Origin: Antedon mediterranea
Lineage: Eukaryota; Animalia; Echinodermata
Length of the DNA: 64,000 bases
Reading direction: 5' to 3'
Assembly: GCF_964355755.1 (NCBI RefSeq)
Contig: NC_092671.1
Span: 12,710,001 to 12,774,000 of the forward strand
Position numbers and translations under genes: made by a program
Notes under the pieces: generated by a model
The model's database searches: none
What the model was told of the DNA's origin: nothing
Seen by the model: the letters and a program-made list of their open reading frames with translations, nothing else
Shown here: positions 13,301-25,066 of the stretch, piece by piece
Layout: each line of letters begins with the position of its first letter
Position numbering within the stretch: position 1 is the first letter of the stretch

Positions 13301-16300
13301 AAAGTAAAATATTATAATATACGGTATGTTGATGAAATAACATTGTTCTTCTAACCTGATAGATCTGTTCCATTAACAATTCCATTCGAAACAAGATCAC
13401 CGTCGACATTCAAATCATAAAACTGTTTTATACCATCGATAACAATCAAAGAACCGGACACACGAACGGCCCACTCATCATACTAAATCAAAAATGCAAA
13501 TTAGAGTAAAAGTCAATTCATACCGTATGGTACTGTAAAACTCTTTCCACGAATATGGCGTTCCATACCAATTTAATATTATTCAATGTGATTGAATTAT
13601 ATGATTTTGCCGCAATATTACCGTACCATCATACCTCAGTGATATTGAATGCACCTATTAAACCTTTTATCACTAAATCACCATCTATCATGATGTTAGA
13701 AAATGTCATAGGAACTGGAATATTATAATCATGGTCGATTAAGATAACATTAGATATGTCAACTCCATCAACGAGAATACCATCTCCTAATGAAATAGCA
13801 CCTGTAAAAAATGAAAAATTAACTAGTGCATTATAATTATCCAAACTGTATTAACTAGCATCTATCACCTACGGAGGATATTACATACATAAATGAAGCG
13901 GGAAATTTAAATGAAGTACGGTACACGCTATCATAAACAGAAATGTTTACTGGAAGGCTCGAAATTGCCAAGCACGGGTAGGTATTGTAGGTCCAAGATA
14001 GGCCTACCACTTTTAACATTACTGAGCAAACCATTAATTGTATATGTACCTTTCATTACACAATGTTCTGGATGTAGATTACTCACCTGCGGAAACATTC
14101 ATAAGGAATACCTTACTACTATTAATATATTGGTCTTTGTACTTGGATAAGTGATTGGTATAAAGTTCATGAATGTATATATTATCTATCGTTCCATCTA
14201 CATACAGATCACCATCTATCGTAACATCACTATAAATTGTACATACAAATATTTAGTTATAACAAATCGTCTGTCCACATTCTTAATGAATGAAATAGGT
14301 AAGAATCATTGAATTTAAGGTATTGCGGTCTTAGATCATATAATAATGTATAGATGAATTAATCGGCGTATACTGGCAATAAAGGTATAAACCTTTCCTT
14401 TCATACCTCAAGAATGTCTTCCTTCCTCTAATTTCTTCATCTGTATTGGTATAAACTAATATTTGAGAAAATTCGTATAAATTTATCCGGTTGACTTCGC
14501 TCAATACCGAAATATTTCCGTAAAAATAGGCATCAGACTCAAATCTCAAATAGGCTGTAAAAATAATCAAGATAGGGCTACTTATGACTTAATAAAAACA
14601 AATTACAAACATCGGTGGGTTTTGAAATTCACAAACATGCACATAAAAAAACATACCGGTACTGCACACTTACTGATTTGTATTACAGATATTTCCTACA
14701 AGAAATGCATGCATTTTTTATAATTTCAAATTACCATCAAATGACTCGTCGACCGACAACTGAATTGCGTTTAGATACAAATTGTCTACATCCACATAAT
14801 TAATAGTGCCTTCGACCAGTACACAAGCATCAACTGAATAAGATAAATCAAGTAAAAGTAATCAATAAAACTACAACATCCATCAACATTATTAGGCTGT
14901 TGGGGTCTCCCGATGTGGTGACAGATACCATGGCTAAACCAAATTTCAATAAAATGAAATTCTCATTAATGGGTAATACCTGAAACATTCTGTGTAAACT
15001 CTTTGGTACCCTCGACGGTAATATTAGAATCTATACGGACAGCTTCCTCGTCCAGTTCTGTGATGTTCACTCCACTGACAAAACCATCAACGGTCACATT
15101 GTTGGTTGATAAATTCCCTCGAAATGTTGCATTATCCGTAATAATAATGTCCCCTGTAAAAGAGAAAGTAACGCGATAGCTTGAGTCGTCAACAGATATT
15201 TATATTGTTACAATATTGCCAGTAGATGGCTATTCAGAATGATTTTGAAATGTACCATGCTTATATACTTATACTACTTATGGAATACTAACCATATATG
15301 ACTTGATCACCGTTCAACGTTACAAAATCTTCAGAAATGTCGAACTGGTTGACCGTTTCACTAACATGGATGTTTTTGTAAACTGTTACGTTTCCTATAA
15401 TCTCTAAATTGCCTACTAATGTTTGATTACAGTTTACCTTTAAAGCCTATAAAAAAAACAAAGTACAAACGGATTTCAGTTGAGAGCTATACGTGTCGAG
15501 TCACATGCGCATGATCTAAAACATACTTGTTTACTCGAAAGCTGTGCAATTCGAGTGACGCGTCGTGAAAAAGACTTTCTTTAACGAAAAAAAGAATTGA
15601 ATTTGCTATCAGTACATACTTTGTCGTAAAATTCCGACACATCAACATAATCGACGGTCATGCCTTCTTCAAGAAACAAACTTCCATTTATGTGCAAGGA
15701 ATGATTAAAAATCAGAAACCCTGAAACAAAAATACAATACATTTTAGTTTTACATGGATCTAATTTTGATAAATTAATATGCAAGTGAATACATACGCAA
15801 TTGAAAACGAGGAGACCGTGTATAGGTTTACGGGCTAGTCTTATGAAGCATTTTAGTGAAGAACGCATTATCCTACCTGTGACGTCTTGAGGGGAATTAA
15901 GTGTTACAAAGTCTTCTATTCGTTGGCCATCAAAAGTGCCCACAAGACTGATACCGCCATCCATGGATATGACACCGTCTAAGATGACATCAGACGTAAA
16001 GGTTATGTTGTCCGAGACGCGAAGTGCTTCCTGATCTAGCGTGGTGATATTTATTTCGTTGATAAGTCCATCGACTATGAGAGATCTTCGAACTGCGGAA
16101 AAGTATGAAACAATAAGGATAAAAATACCGTTCGAATATAACTTTAATAGCATATTCAACAAATATGTTTTTTTTTTCATTTTTATTATATCACTGCCAG
16201 ACCTACAGCTGAAAAATAACGGCAGTTATGGTATGTGGTTAATTCATTTATTTAATTATTCAACCTGGTAAGTTTAGTTGGTTTCATAGCCACAGTTATT

Positions 16301-19300
16301 GTTAACTTTATGGGTGGGTAACTTACCGGGGTAAATAACTAAGCCTTAGTGGAAATGACAAACCAAAATTACATCTTACAATGAACGTCGTCTATAAAGA
16401 TCTTCAGTCCCACGATGTCGGCGTCTTCATCGATCAGGATAGTTTTGTTGTAAAGTTCACTTAAATCTTTATCATTGATTTTACTTTTATAAGGTAGAAT
16501 GATATCACCATTTACACTGAATCCACTTGTAAAGAACACCGGCCCTATAAGACGAATACATATTTATAATATTCAAAATGTTGTCGAGAAAAAAAAACGA
16601 TACGATTTAAATATACATAAAACTAATCATAATCAACTTTATTCGAATTTGGAATTTCAAAATATGTGTAGTTATAGGCTTCATTTTGTAATTATTTGCG
16701 ATAGAAACTAAAATCAGTCAATGGTAATAAATGACACTGTTCCTTACCTTCAATTTCTTGATCAGCATCGAGTAAAACAAAGTTTTCTGGGCGAACACCA
16801 TTTATTGTATCAAACAAAGTCACATTTGATTTAAATGCGATATAATTAGTTGCCAACAGATCACTATATATTGTTTGGCTACCGATCGTTCGAATAAGAT
16901 CTTCATATATATCTACACCATTTAGTTCATAAAGTAGATGGAGATTTTCGAATGTAGTAAGCAAGCCTAGTAGATTTTGAGATGCTGGAAAAGTAAACAT
17001 CGTGAAAATAATAACATTTTTTTTTATCGTATTAAGAAATGTAATTAAGCTAAGCTAAACAGAAAATAAAAGAAAAATTTAAACTGAAATATCACAAATG
17101 ACATCGACTTGAAAACTTATTTAATTTAAAAGTGTTTTAAATAATGGCGAATTGTTCAAATTGGAAACGTTTGCATACGCATGTAATTAGTAAACTCTCC
17201 GGTGCCAATAAAACAGTTAGCTTAACCAATTCAGGGTCATTTCGAAATGTACATTAGTAGTACACTGTTTAAATGCATTCTTTACCATTATTATTTACAA
17301 TATACACTTTTGAAAATTCTGCCTCTTTATAATGTTAAAATAAAGTACATAAAACGAACGATTGAGGCAGGATGGTCTTATTCCCAAATAGCCTTAATCG
17401 TGTAAAGTTGACATTTCTCATATTTAATCTTTTTTATCCTCGATAACCTTCTAAAACATAATCTAAATCATAAAACAAAATAATAATTGTTTTAATGTGT
17501 TTTATGTGTTTTAGATTTATATTCGTAAACAAATTGTAATATTTAAAAATCAATCGCAATTCCGTTTTACTGTGAAGATTATTTTTAATGAATATACCAT
17601 TATGAATGAATAATTTGCTTTTTTTGATGCCTCATTACGCGTCATTTAGGTTTAAATTAAAATATTCATGAATTTTGACAAACCTTCTATAACAACATCG
17701 CCGTGTGTCTTTACAACATTCTTAAATCTATTGATATTTGTTGAATCTATATGGCCATCCAGGATTAACAGATTATCAAAATATACCTCAGCTTCGAAAA
17801 CAACGTCATCTTCCAGTATAATATCATCCGATGTTAAGAATACAGAATTTATAAACTTGTAAAGGTCAATCTAAAAATCAAACATTTGTAATTATGTAAT
17901 TAGTGATTTATTTTCCACACACACCAACAGCCACACACCAGCCAATTGGATGGAGACAATCAAGAAATAGTAAATGATAAGAAAACGAAGCAAATAGCAA
18001 GTGTTATATTAAAATGTAAGCACAAAAATTAAATATATATTTGTAATATAAACATAATCTGTGTCAGGCCACTAATACCTTACCCCATTCATGGTTGTAC
18101 CTAGAAGCATATCAGCGCCGTTGAGGACTGTCACGTTACCCCAGAATGTTTTGTTGCCTTTAATGTATTGATGGTCCTTTGTCATTATGACCAAGTCTTC
18201 AGGAATATAAATCCCATTAAGAGTGCCATTCAGCGCAAGCTCGTCAACATGCACATCCATATCAAATTGTATATCGCCTTTGTACACCTGGCTACCATTG
18301 GTTATAAGTAGATAATCATCTGAAATTTTAGTTTACAATTTGTCATGATACTGTATAGGCAGAATGTAGTATGAACAACACAAATATTTCAAATTAATGA
18401 ATGAACTTTATTTAAAGTATAGAAGTATATATAGGGTGATTCAAACAATGTTTTTATATAACACATAGGCCTAATAGTAGGATTATGACGTAAAATATCA
18501 CTAGGCCTACAATGATTCTAAAGTAACGATAGCAGTGTTATTTTGTACGGTACTTTAAAAGTACATTACATGAATACACTTATTTCATCTGCATCAACAG
18601 TAAACAAAAACATTCATGTGTACTTTATTCTTTACGCAACTATTTCTAATTTTATTACAAAGAGTTGACAAAATAACAACCACAAAAATACAATAAACTA
18701 TATTTTAAACAATGCAAACGACCGCAAAAATTATACCTGGTATCTTATGTTCATTCGCCAACCCCAAAACGAAGACACTAGCACCTGCAGTAACCGTCTC
18801 CATAAAAGTTATATTTCCAAAAATAACAGCGTTTTCGTTCTTCTTAATTGAGACTGAGTCGATATGTTCTATGTTGACTCCATTTATAAGATCATTAGTC
18901 GAGATAACAGAATCATTAACATTTAGACTGGTTACATTTAATAATAAATGAAACGTGACTGTACCTTTGAAAAAAAAAATTAGATTTGAAGAAAAATGAT
19001 GGTGACTGAAGTGTGTGAAATACTTTTCATTTAAAACCGTCCGCTTTCACTGCATAAACACAATCGCCATCATATTGCGAATACATTATCCTCAATTATT
19101 TTTCTATAATTTTATGCAAATTACCAAATAGCTATTTTAAACTTTCCTGATATACATGCCATTCACAAGACATACATAATATGACCTACATAAACAAGAA
19201 AGTCGCACAGAATAAGTTGAGAATGGAGATTTTTTTCATACGCAAACCTCCTGCTATTTGACAGGGTTTGAACCAAGCCAAGTCAAGCAACAACTCATCT

Positions 19301-22300
19301 CGTCACCAGTTTCGAACCCCTGTTTTACACATCTATCTTCTATATATATAAAAGGCAAACACAAAAAGTTTATCCTCTATGCACGCCGCGGTACAACCTC
19401 CGATCGGAGATGGTCATGGTCTATATAGAAAGTTCATAAACAAAATATTTATTAAATTATGACTTCGATTGCAAATCTTGCATAATTATTATATTTACAT
19501 ACATTTCAAGTTTTCTCGGCGCGATGCTAGTCTAATATAATAGCTTACCTCTAACCAGCTGATCTTCAACGTACAGTGAAACAAAATCTAACATTTCGGT
19601 TTCAATAAAATCTAAATTTCTTTCATGTTTGTTGAGTAAATATCGCAACACGAATAAAGACTCAAGTTCAAAATAATCGGCAGTGAAATTTTCGACATAA
19701 AGCGTATTTTCAAATGTCACATTCTCTAAATATGAAAAAAAAATATTAGAAACATAAAATAATTATGTAACAAATAAAAAATTGCTGATTTAGCAACAAA
19801 CAAGAAATCGGTGTAATTTTAGATAAAAAATTAGTATTATATATCGAATTTTTACCGGTGAAACGGAGATTGCTGTAAATACTCTCGTTCTTCGATATAC
19901 TAGCCTTCGTCTCAAGCTCCGTACTTAATTCTCCCAGCCGTTCAATGTTTTCTCTCACTGAATCCTTAAGTTCAGGAATGCTGCTCAATATTTCATTTGT
20001 TTCTCTTATAATTTCTAAATAAATGAATAATTATCTTGTTTAAACACCATTGTCCTTGGCTAAAACTGTTTTATTTGCTTTGTCTCTATCATAAAAATTA
20101 TGCTACTTACCTTTACTCTCATTCATAAAGTTAAACCAATAGAAACTTGAGAAATCTGACAGGTTCGTCGAGTTTTCACCATATGTAAATAAAGTGTAGA
20201 CGTTGCCATCCAATTCAAACACAGACATGTCATGAATAATCGCTCCTCCACCAGAGCGCGCACTCCACTGGGGAAATTGCTGAGTAGATAATACCCAGTC
20301 ACCGGCATCATCGCATTCATATATGACTGCACCTACATAGGGCTAAAATAAAAATAGTAAATGAAGTATTAGACCAGGAAATGTTACCCACCCATACTAC
20401 CTTACCGTATATTAAGGCCTGTTAAAGCCTATACTAGTCGATAATGGCAAATAGGCCTATATAAATATACATTTCTACAGGGGAAAAAGTGTTGCCTAAA
20501 AAATTGAGTTTATTGTATAATTGAGATGTTTCATAAAATATTCTATGTTGTGAAAATAAAGTTTCTTGAATAAATATAATATATACGTACGTCTTCGTTG
20601 GCTACAATTAAAATGTCATCACCATTTGCCAAATTTACATATATTATTTCTTTGGCAGCCGTAGTCGGCAATGATTGGTATTCAAGTACGAGTTGCCCTG
20701 AAATTCAAAATGAGCACAAATTAACGGTGTGGTCGACGATGACGGTGTGGTCGACGATGACGGTGTGGCCGACGATGACGGTGTGGCCGACAATGACGGT
20801 GTTGTCAACGATAACAATTTGACCGACGGTGGACGGTGATAGTGATATGGAAGATGATGTGATATGGAAGATGATAGTGATATGGCAGGCGATAACGATA
20901 TGATTAGGGTAACAATGACAGAAAGAAGGTGAAGTACTTACCCGACCACCAGTAAATTGTAGAATAGGTTTCTTCATATTGAATTTGATCATTTTCGATT
21001 ACATTATTCGTGAAAGCAATAAACGTGTTATGATTCATCTTAAAAGCAGTCACACTTCTAGGAGCCGTAGTGGGTACAGTTTGAATAAGAGTGATGGATG
21101 GACTATCTATTTTAAAAACAAGTGTACAAGTATATTATAAAAAAAATCAACTATTCAGATGCGTAAATAGTGAAATTGTCCCGATATTCTAGCAGTCTAT
21201 TAAAACGAATTAACTTACAAAGGTCTATCTTAAGAATAAGACTACCAATGTCATACTCGAATTCATCATTAACAAACTGAGTCACTGCAACGTACAATTC
21301 CTCGCCAACTTTAAAAAATTCTATGTCCGTGGCACCATGCGTTTCATAAACTAAAATTTCATCGAAATAACTCTCCTTCCATTCGTAGATTCTAAAGAAA
21401 GATATATAACATTTCAATATTGCGTTATTAAGCTAATGTTTAAACAATATAGTTTAAGAAAAGGTGTTCATAAAAACAAAAAATGGTTTCAACACATTTT
21501 CACCTAATTATAGTACTTATTATCATTACAGCATCGATTGACAGGAGCCCAAACGGACCATTGAATATAATGTAGATATATTTTAAAAACTAACCTGATG
21601 TCATTTCTGTATTTAACATTTAGATCTGATCGAAAATTTGCCACACCAAAAATCAATATACCATGATATGTAATACAATCTATGGCCGATGCACCGTTAG
21701 TGGTAAATGTGAAAAAAGGTTCTGGTACTGAAGCTGTACCATCCCAGATATGTAAAGTCGACCTGCCTGTGTACGATAGAGTATTTCCAGAGTTGAACTG
21801 ACCAATTGCCGTAACTAAAAATACCGCGGTGTTGTTTAATGGCAGTATCAGTAAATCTTGAACGAAGGAAGCGTCATATTCCGATAATTTATTAGTGATC
21901 AGTCGACCGTTGTCATTAAAAAACAATGCTATCTCGGCTATATCTTCGTATGCATTAAGAATATAGGTGATACCATCCATAGTGAAACCCCTTGTTACAC
22001 CTTCTGCCCATGCGTCCATGTTACTTTGTTCTATCCTCCACTTATTGTTCGTTGATACATCAAATACTGCCAAATTCAAATATATATACATAAAGTAATA
22101 ATTGATGATGGAAAGATTTGTGGTGAATGTAATTTCGGTAGTTATTTTCTACGCCGTGGACATTAATTGTCCGTAAAGATAACCTTAAAATGTATAATTA
22201 TAACAAAACATTTTTGATTTAAGAACATACCGTCTATATTTCGTTTTTGTCGTGATCTCTCATTACTTAGCATAATCTTTGACAAATCGCGTTTGTATTC

Positions 22301-22474
22301 TTGCAGCTTTTCATCAAGAAAGTTACGAAACGATTTTCTAAACTCCATGGCTTCGGATTCAGTAAGTGTGACGGAGTGTGATAAAGTTGACATGCACATC
22401 GCAAGTAACACGACAAAGTTTAAGTACGTCATCCTAACAAAACAACAATGTTTACACTTACTTATTGACGCCAT
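7321..22474 (-). CDS. Large secreted protein (~2087 aa, 33 exons): signal peptide, RQKR site, N-terminal EAR/EPTP-like repeats, central beta-repeat region, C-terminal EAR/EPTP-like repeats
   Basis: Phase-consistent GT-AG exons: 22474-22231, 22066-21595, 21391-21219, 21106-20942, 20697-20587, 20332-20111, 20014-19856, 19725-19549, 18964-18737, 18319-18084, 17870-17684, 16966-16748, 16544-16380, 16092-15877, 15720-15620, 15446-15293, 15153-14980, 14833-14735, 14554-14407, 14229-14087, 13801-13635, 13482-13356, 13219-13056, 12869-12662, 12546-12319, 12191-11965, 11838-11643, 11401-11217, 10697-10421, 9785-9568, 8572-8356, 8223-7999, 7352-7321 (TGA). Hydrophobic leader YLNFVVLLAMCMSTLSHS. EAR-like motifs: IYEWKESYFDEILVYETHGATDIEFFKVGEELYVAV and QSFVTQGAVTVLF...WLVFANYYD...IYQWSGNNF. 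The start could instead be the next Met (MTYLNF). Confidence 0.9.
8686..8886. mobile_element. MITE (~200 bp), possibly PIF/Harbinger-type
   Basis: Perfect terminal inverted repeat TTAAGCCTGTTTTCCTGTCGACGTT / AACGTCGACAGGAAAACAGGCTTAA. Intronic. Confidence 0.8.
8962..9454. mobile_element. Non-autonomous TIR DNA element (~490 bp)
   Basis: Ends AGGGAGTTTTCGCAA...ACGGATACGTC and GACGTATCCGT...TTGCGAAACCTCCCT are inverted copies. AT flanks both sides (possible 2-bp TSD). Confidence 0.7.
9838..10366 (+). mobile_element. Degenerate LINE 3' fragment (CR1/L2-group-like), antisense within an intron
   Basis: Frameshifted peptide KRACRIIL...TLSDRRRNLCYKFALNCSKS...WFP...PKCR...RYRKSAIPYLISLLNE*, followed by an AT-rich UTR and a (TGAAA)n tail at about 10353-10366. 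Confidence 0.75.
19332..19530 (+). mobile_element. Short non-autonomous Helitron-like element
   Basis: Begins A|TCTATCTTCTATATATATAAAAGG and ends in GC-rich CGGCGCGATG-CTAG|T, i.e. 5'-TC...CTAG-3' between A and T. The subterminal hairpin is weak. Confidence 0.45.
20724..20812. repeat. Intronic 18-bp minisatellite (ACGGTGTGGTCGACGATG), about 5 copies
   Basis: Tandem copies are directly visible, followed by degenerate GAT-rich sequence. Confidence 0.9.
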
Positions 22475-23130
22475 ATTGCCTTGTAACAATGCAAAGTCTG
22501 TCAATATATTCATATAAAACTGTTTGTTTGATTGGCATTATAACCAACCAGATAACTAATATTAATCCAGCTATATCGGCCTAATTTGTAAGATTTATTA
22601 AAAAGTATCCACTTCTTTATATCTAAGAGCCTAACTCTTACCTTGCTCGATCCCAGAAGAAGAAGTTGGGTGTGTACGTATTGCACCAACTTCGCTGTCG
22701 AACCAAGTATTCAGCTTCCTCATAAATTGTCCAGTGGAGTTATTATGCAAATTAAGATTACCGCATGCCTTCCACCGTAACGCTATTTCACTGTTAGTTA
22801 GGCTTTAAAAATAAAATATCAATAGTAAAATGTAATCTATTTTGATGATTAAAATAATAAATAAACACATTATAACTCTTCTGATTGATCGAGAATATAA
22901 CGGTGAACAGTAAATTAATTTTCCTTTCTCAGAAAGACAAACAATCGTAATCCTTAGCAAAAAATGTAAACATCGCCCTCAATAATAATTATGAATAGAA
23001 AAGAAAACAATAGTTAAACAATCAGTAGTATCTTATTTACACATTAGTATCTTCTGCGTGTGCCATTGGTTAGTTGGAACCTATCCGAAAAGCAGTCCAT
23101 GACATTGTAGACATGGGTAAGTGACTAGTT

Positions 23131-24619
23131 TTATTAGGTTATATGCATGATATGCATATAACCTCTTGATTCTGTCAAAATCTTTATTTATTTATTTATT
23201 TATTTATTTATTCTTTCCTTAGCACTATTTGTCCGTGAATTATCTTGGCATCAGTTTCATCTATCTAAGTCAATTTTTCAGAGTATATTCCTTATGGCCA
23301 GGAATCGATGTGGTTATGTTTTCACGATGCGCAATCAAAAATTACGCGGTCTACGCGCGATTTAACGAAATCACGTTTGTAATCATATCTTCACAAACAT
23401 GAATCACTTTTAAACAAAATTTGGTACTCATAAATTTCAGGTCATATTTCATCATATGGCAATACAATTACGTGCGTAGCGCATATAACGCATGCGTACG
23501 CGCGCTTAAAATGTTGAAAATTGTCAGAATTTATTTTCGATGAAATTAGAGTACGTTTCAGGCAATTTTAAGCGTTTAAAAAATTGCCATGAGTGCGCAG
23601 ATTTTTGCACGCGCACTGCGCGTCAAACGTTAATGCGCACTCTTTTTGTCCGATTACTGTTGTGTAACCTTTCTTTAATAATATCATCATATTTTATTCA
23701 CTTTTCAACGCGAAACAGCGTTATACGAGCACGTCAAAAGTGACGGGCTACGCACGTGTAAGTTAACAAAATGGTGAAAATATGCTAAATTTTAAAATTA
23801 ATATATATCGTTAGAATGCTCGGGAACACATATTTTTTATTTAATTTTCTTGAAGTGTATGTATCTTATGTATGATTTATTATTAAACTAAGGGAACAAA
23901 AGTTGATTAAGCCATAATTAATTGCATATTAAATTAAAAAAAATTCATTTCGACAATCAAACAAATTATGACATTTTCTTAGGCCAAAATAACAAACTTA
24001 ACATTAACTTTCTTCCTTCAAAAGTTCATATATTAAAGTTAAAAGTATATAGTTTGACAGTGCATCATTTTTGTACATTTTTAGAGATGTCATCATAGTA
24101 AAAAATTATAATTCATTGCGGTATGTAATAATCTATCTGCACCAAAGTGGTTACTGCATAGTAAATACACGGAGGAATTTTTCTACAATTTTTAGTCAGT
24201 TGTGTATGGCTCGGTGGTGTGTGCTCGTGTCTATGGCACTCAAGGTACCGAGATCGAGTCTCACCTTGGGAAACGAAATAAAATTTTTTTTTTATTGTCC
24301 GTATTGTTTGTTCAAATTTATTTCTTAGTGTATATATTATACACATGATTTATAATGAAATCTAGATAAAAAATAACTTATGTCTTTATTATTATGTAAC
24401 AGCAAATGTGGTTTATGACATTATACGCAGAGGGATCTTTGATCGGATTGTGATACCGGCTATTGTATTCGCGTTAGCAAGGTCCTATCATATATTATAT
24501 ATTATTTAAAGAATCTGAGAAAATCAATGAATCAAAATATCTTTTAAAAATAAATTATCTTTATTTTAATTATCAATGCATATAACCTATAATTCGTCAT
24601 AGTGACGAATTAAATCTAG
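23131..24619 (+). mobile_element. Full-length non-autonomous Helentron/HINE-like element (~1.49 kb)
   Basis: 5' end: AGGTTATATGCAT-gat-ATGCATATAACCT inverted repeat, then (TTTA)n. 3' end: ATGCATATAACCT subTIR, hairpin AATTCGTCA-tag-TGACGAATT, then AAATCTAG|TT. No TSD and T-rich flanks. Confidence 0.85.
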
Positions 24620-24645
24620 TTTCTTTATTTATTTATTTATTTATT

Positions 24646-25027
24646 AGGTTATATGCATGATATGCATATAACCTCTTGATTCTGTCAAAATCTTTATTTA
24701 TTTATTTATTAGGTTATATGCATGATATGCATATAACCTCTTGATTCTGTCAAAATCTTTATTTATTTATTTATTAGGTTATATGCATTATCATGCATAT
24801 AACCTCTTGATTCTGTCAAAATCTTTATTTATTAGGTTATATGCATGATATGCATATAACCTCTTGATTCTGTCAAAATCTTTATTTATTTATTTATTAG
24901 GTTATATGCATGATATGCATATAACCTCTTGATTCTGTCAAAATCTTTATTTATTTATTTATTTATTAGGTTATATGCATGATATGCATATAACCTCTTG
25001 ATTCTGTCAGAATCTTTATTTATTTCT

Positions 25028-25066
<39 letters not shown>
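24646..25066 (+). repeat. Stack of six 5' heads of the HINE-like element, separated by (TTTA)n
   Basis: AGGTTATATGCAT...ATGCATATAACCTCTTGATTCTGTCA.AATC begins at 24646, 24711, 24776, 24834, 24899 and 24968. Confidence 0.95.

Noticed and set aside
20123-20332. Listed ORF frame MQSYMNAMM... as the exon's reading frame
   Set aside because: The alternative frame (AVIYECDDAGDW...FELDGNVY) stays open to the donor at 20111 and fits the splice phases.
22615-22622. TATA-like ATATAAAG on the minus strand about 140 bp upstream of the ATG
   Set aside because: Such motifs are common in AT-rich DNA and there is no TSS evidence.
24646-25066. CRISPR-like array of palindromic ~47-bp repeats
   Set aside because: The spacers are only (TTTA)n, there are no cas genes, the context is eukaryotic, and the repeat equals the 5' end of the element at 23136.
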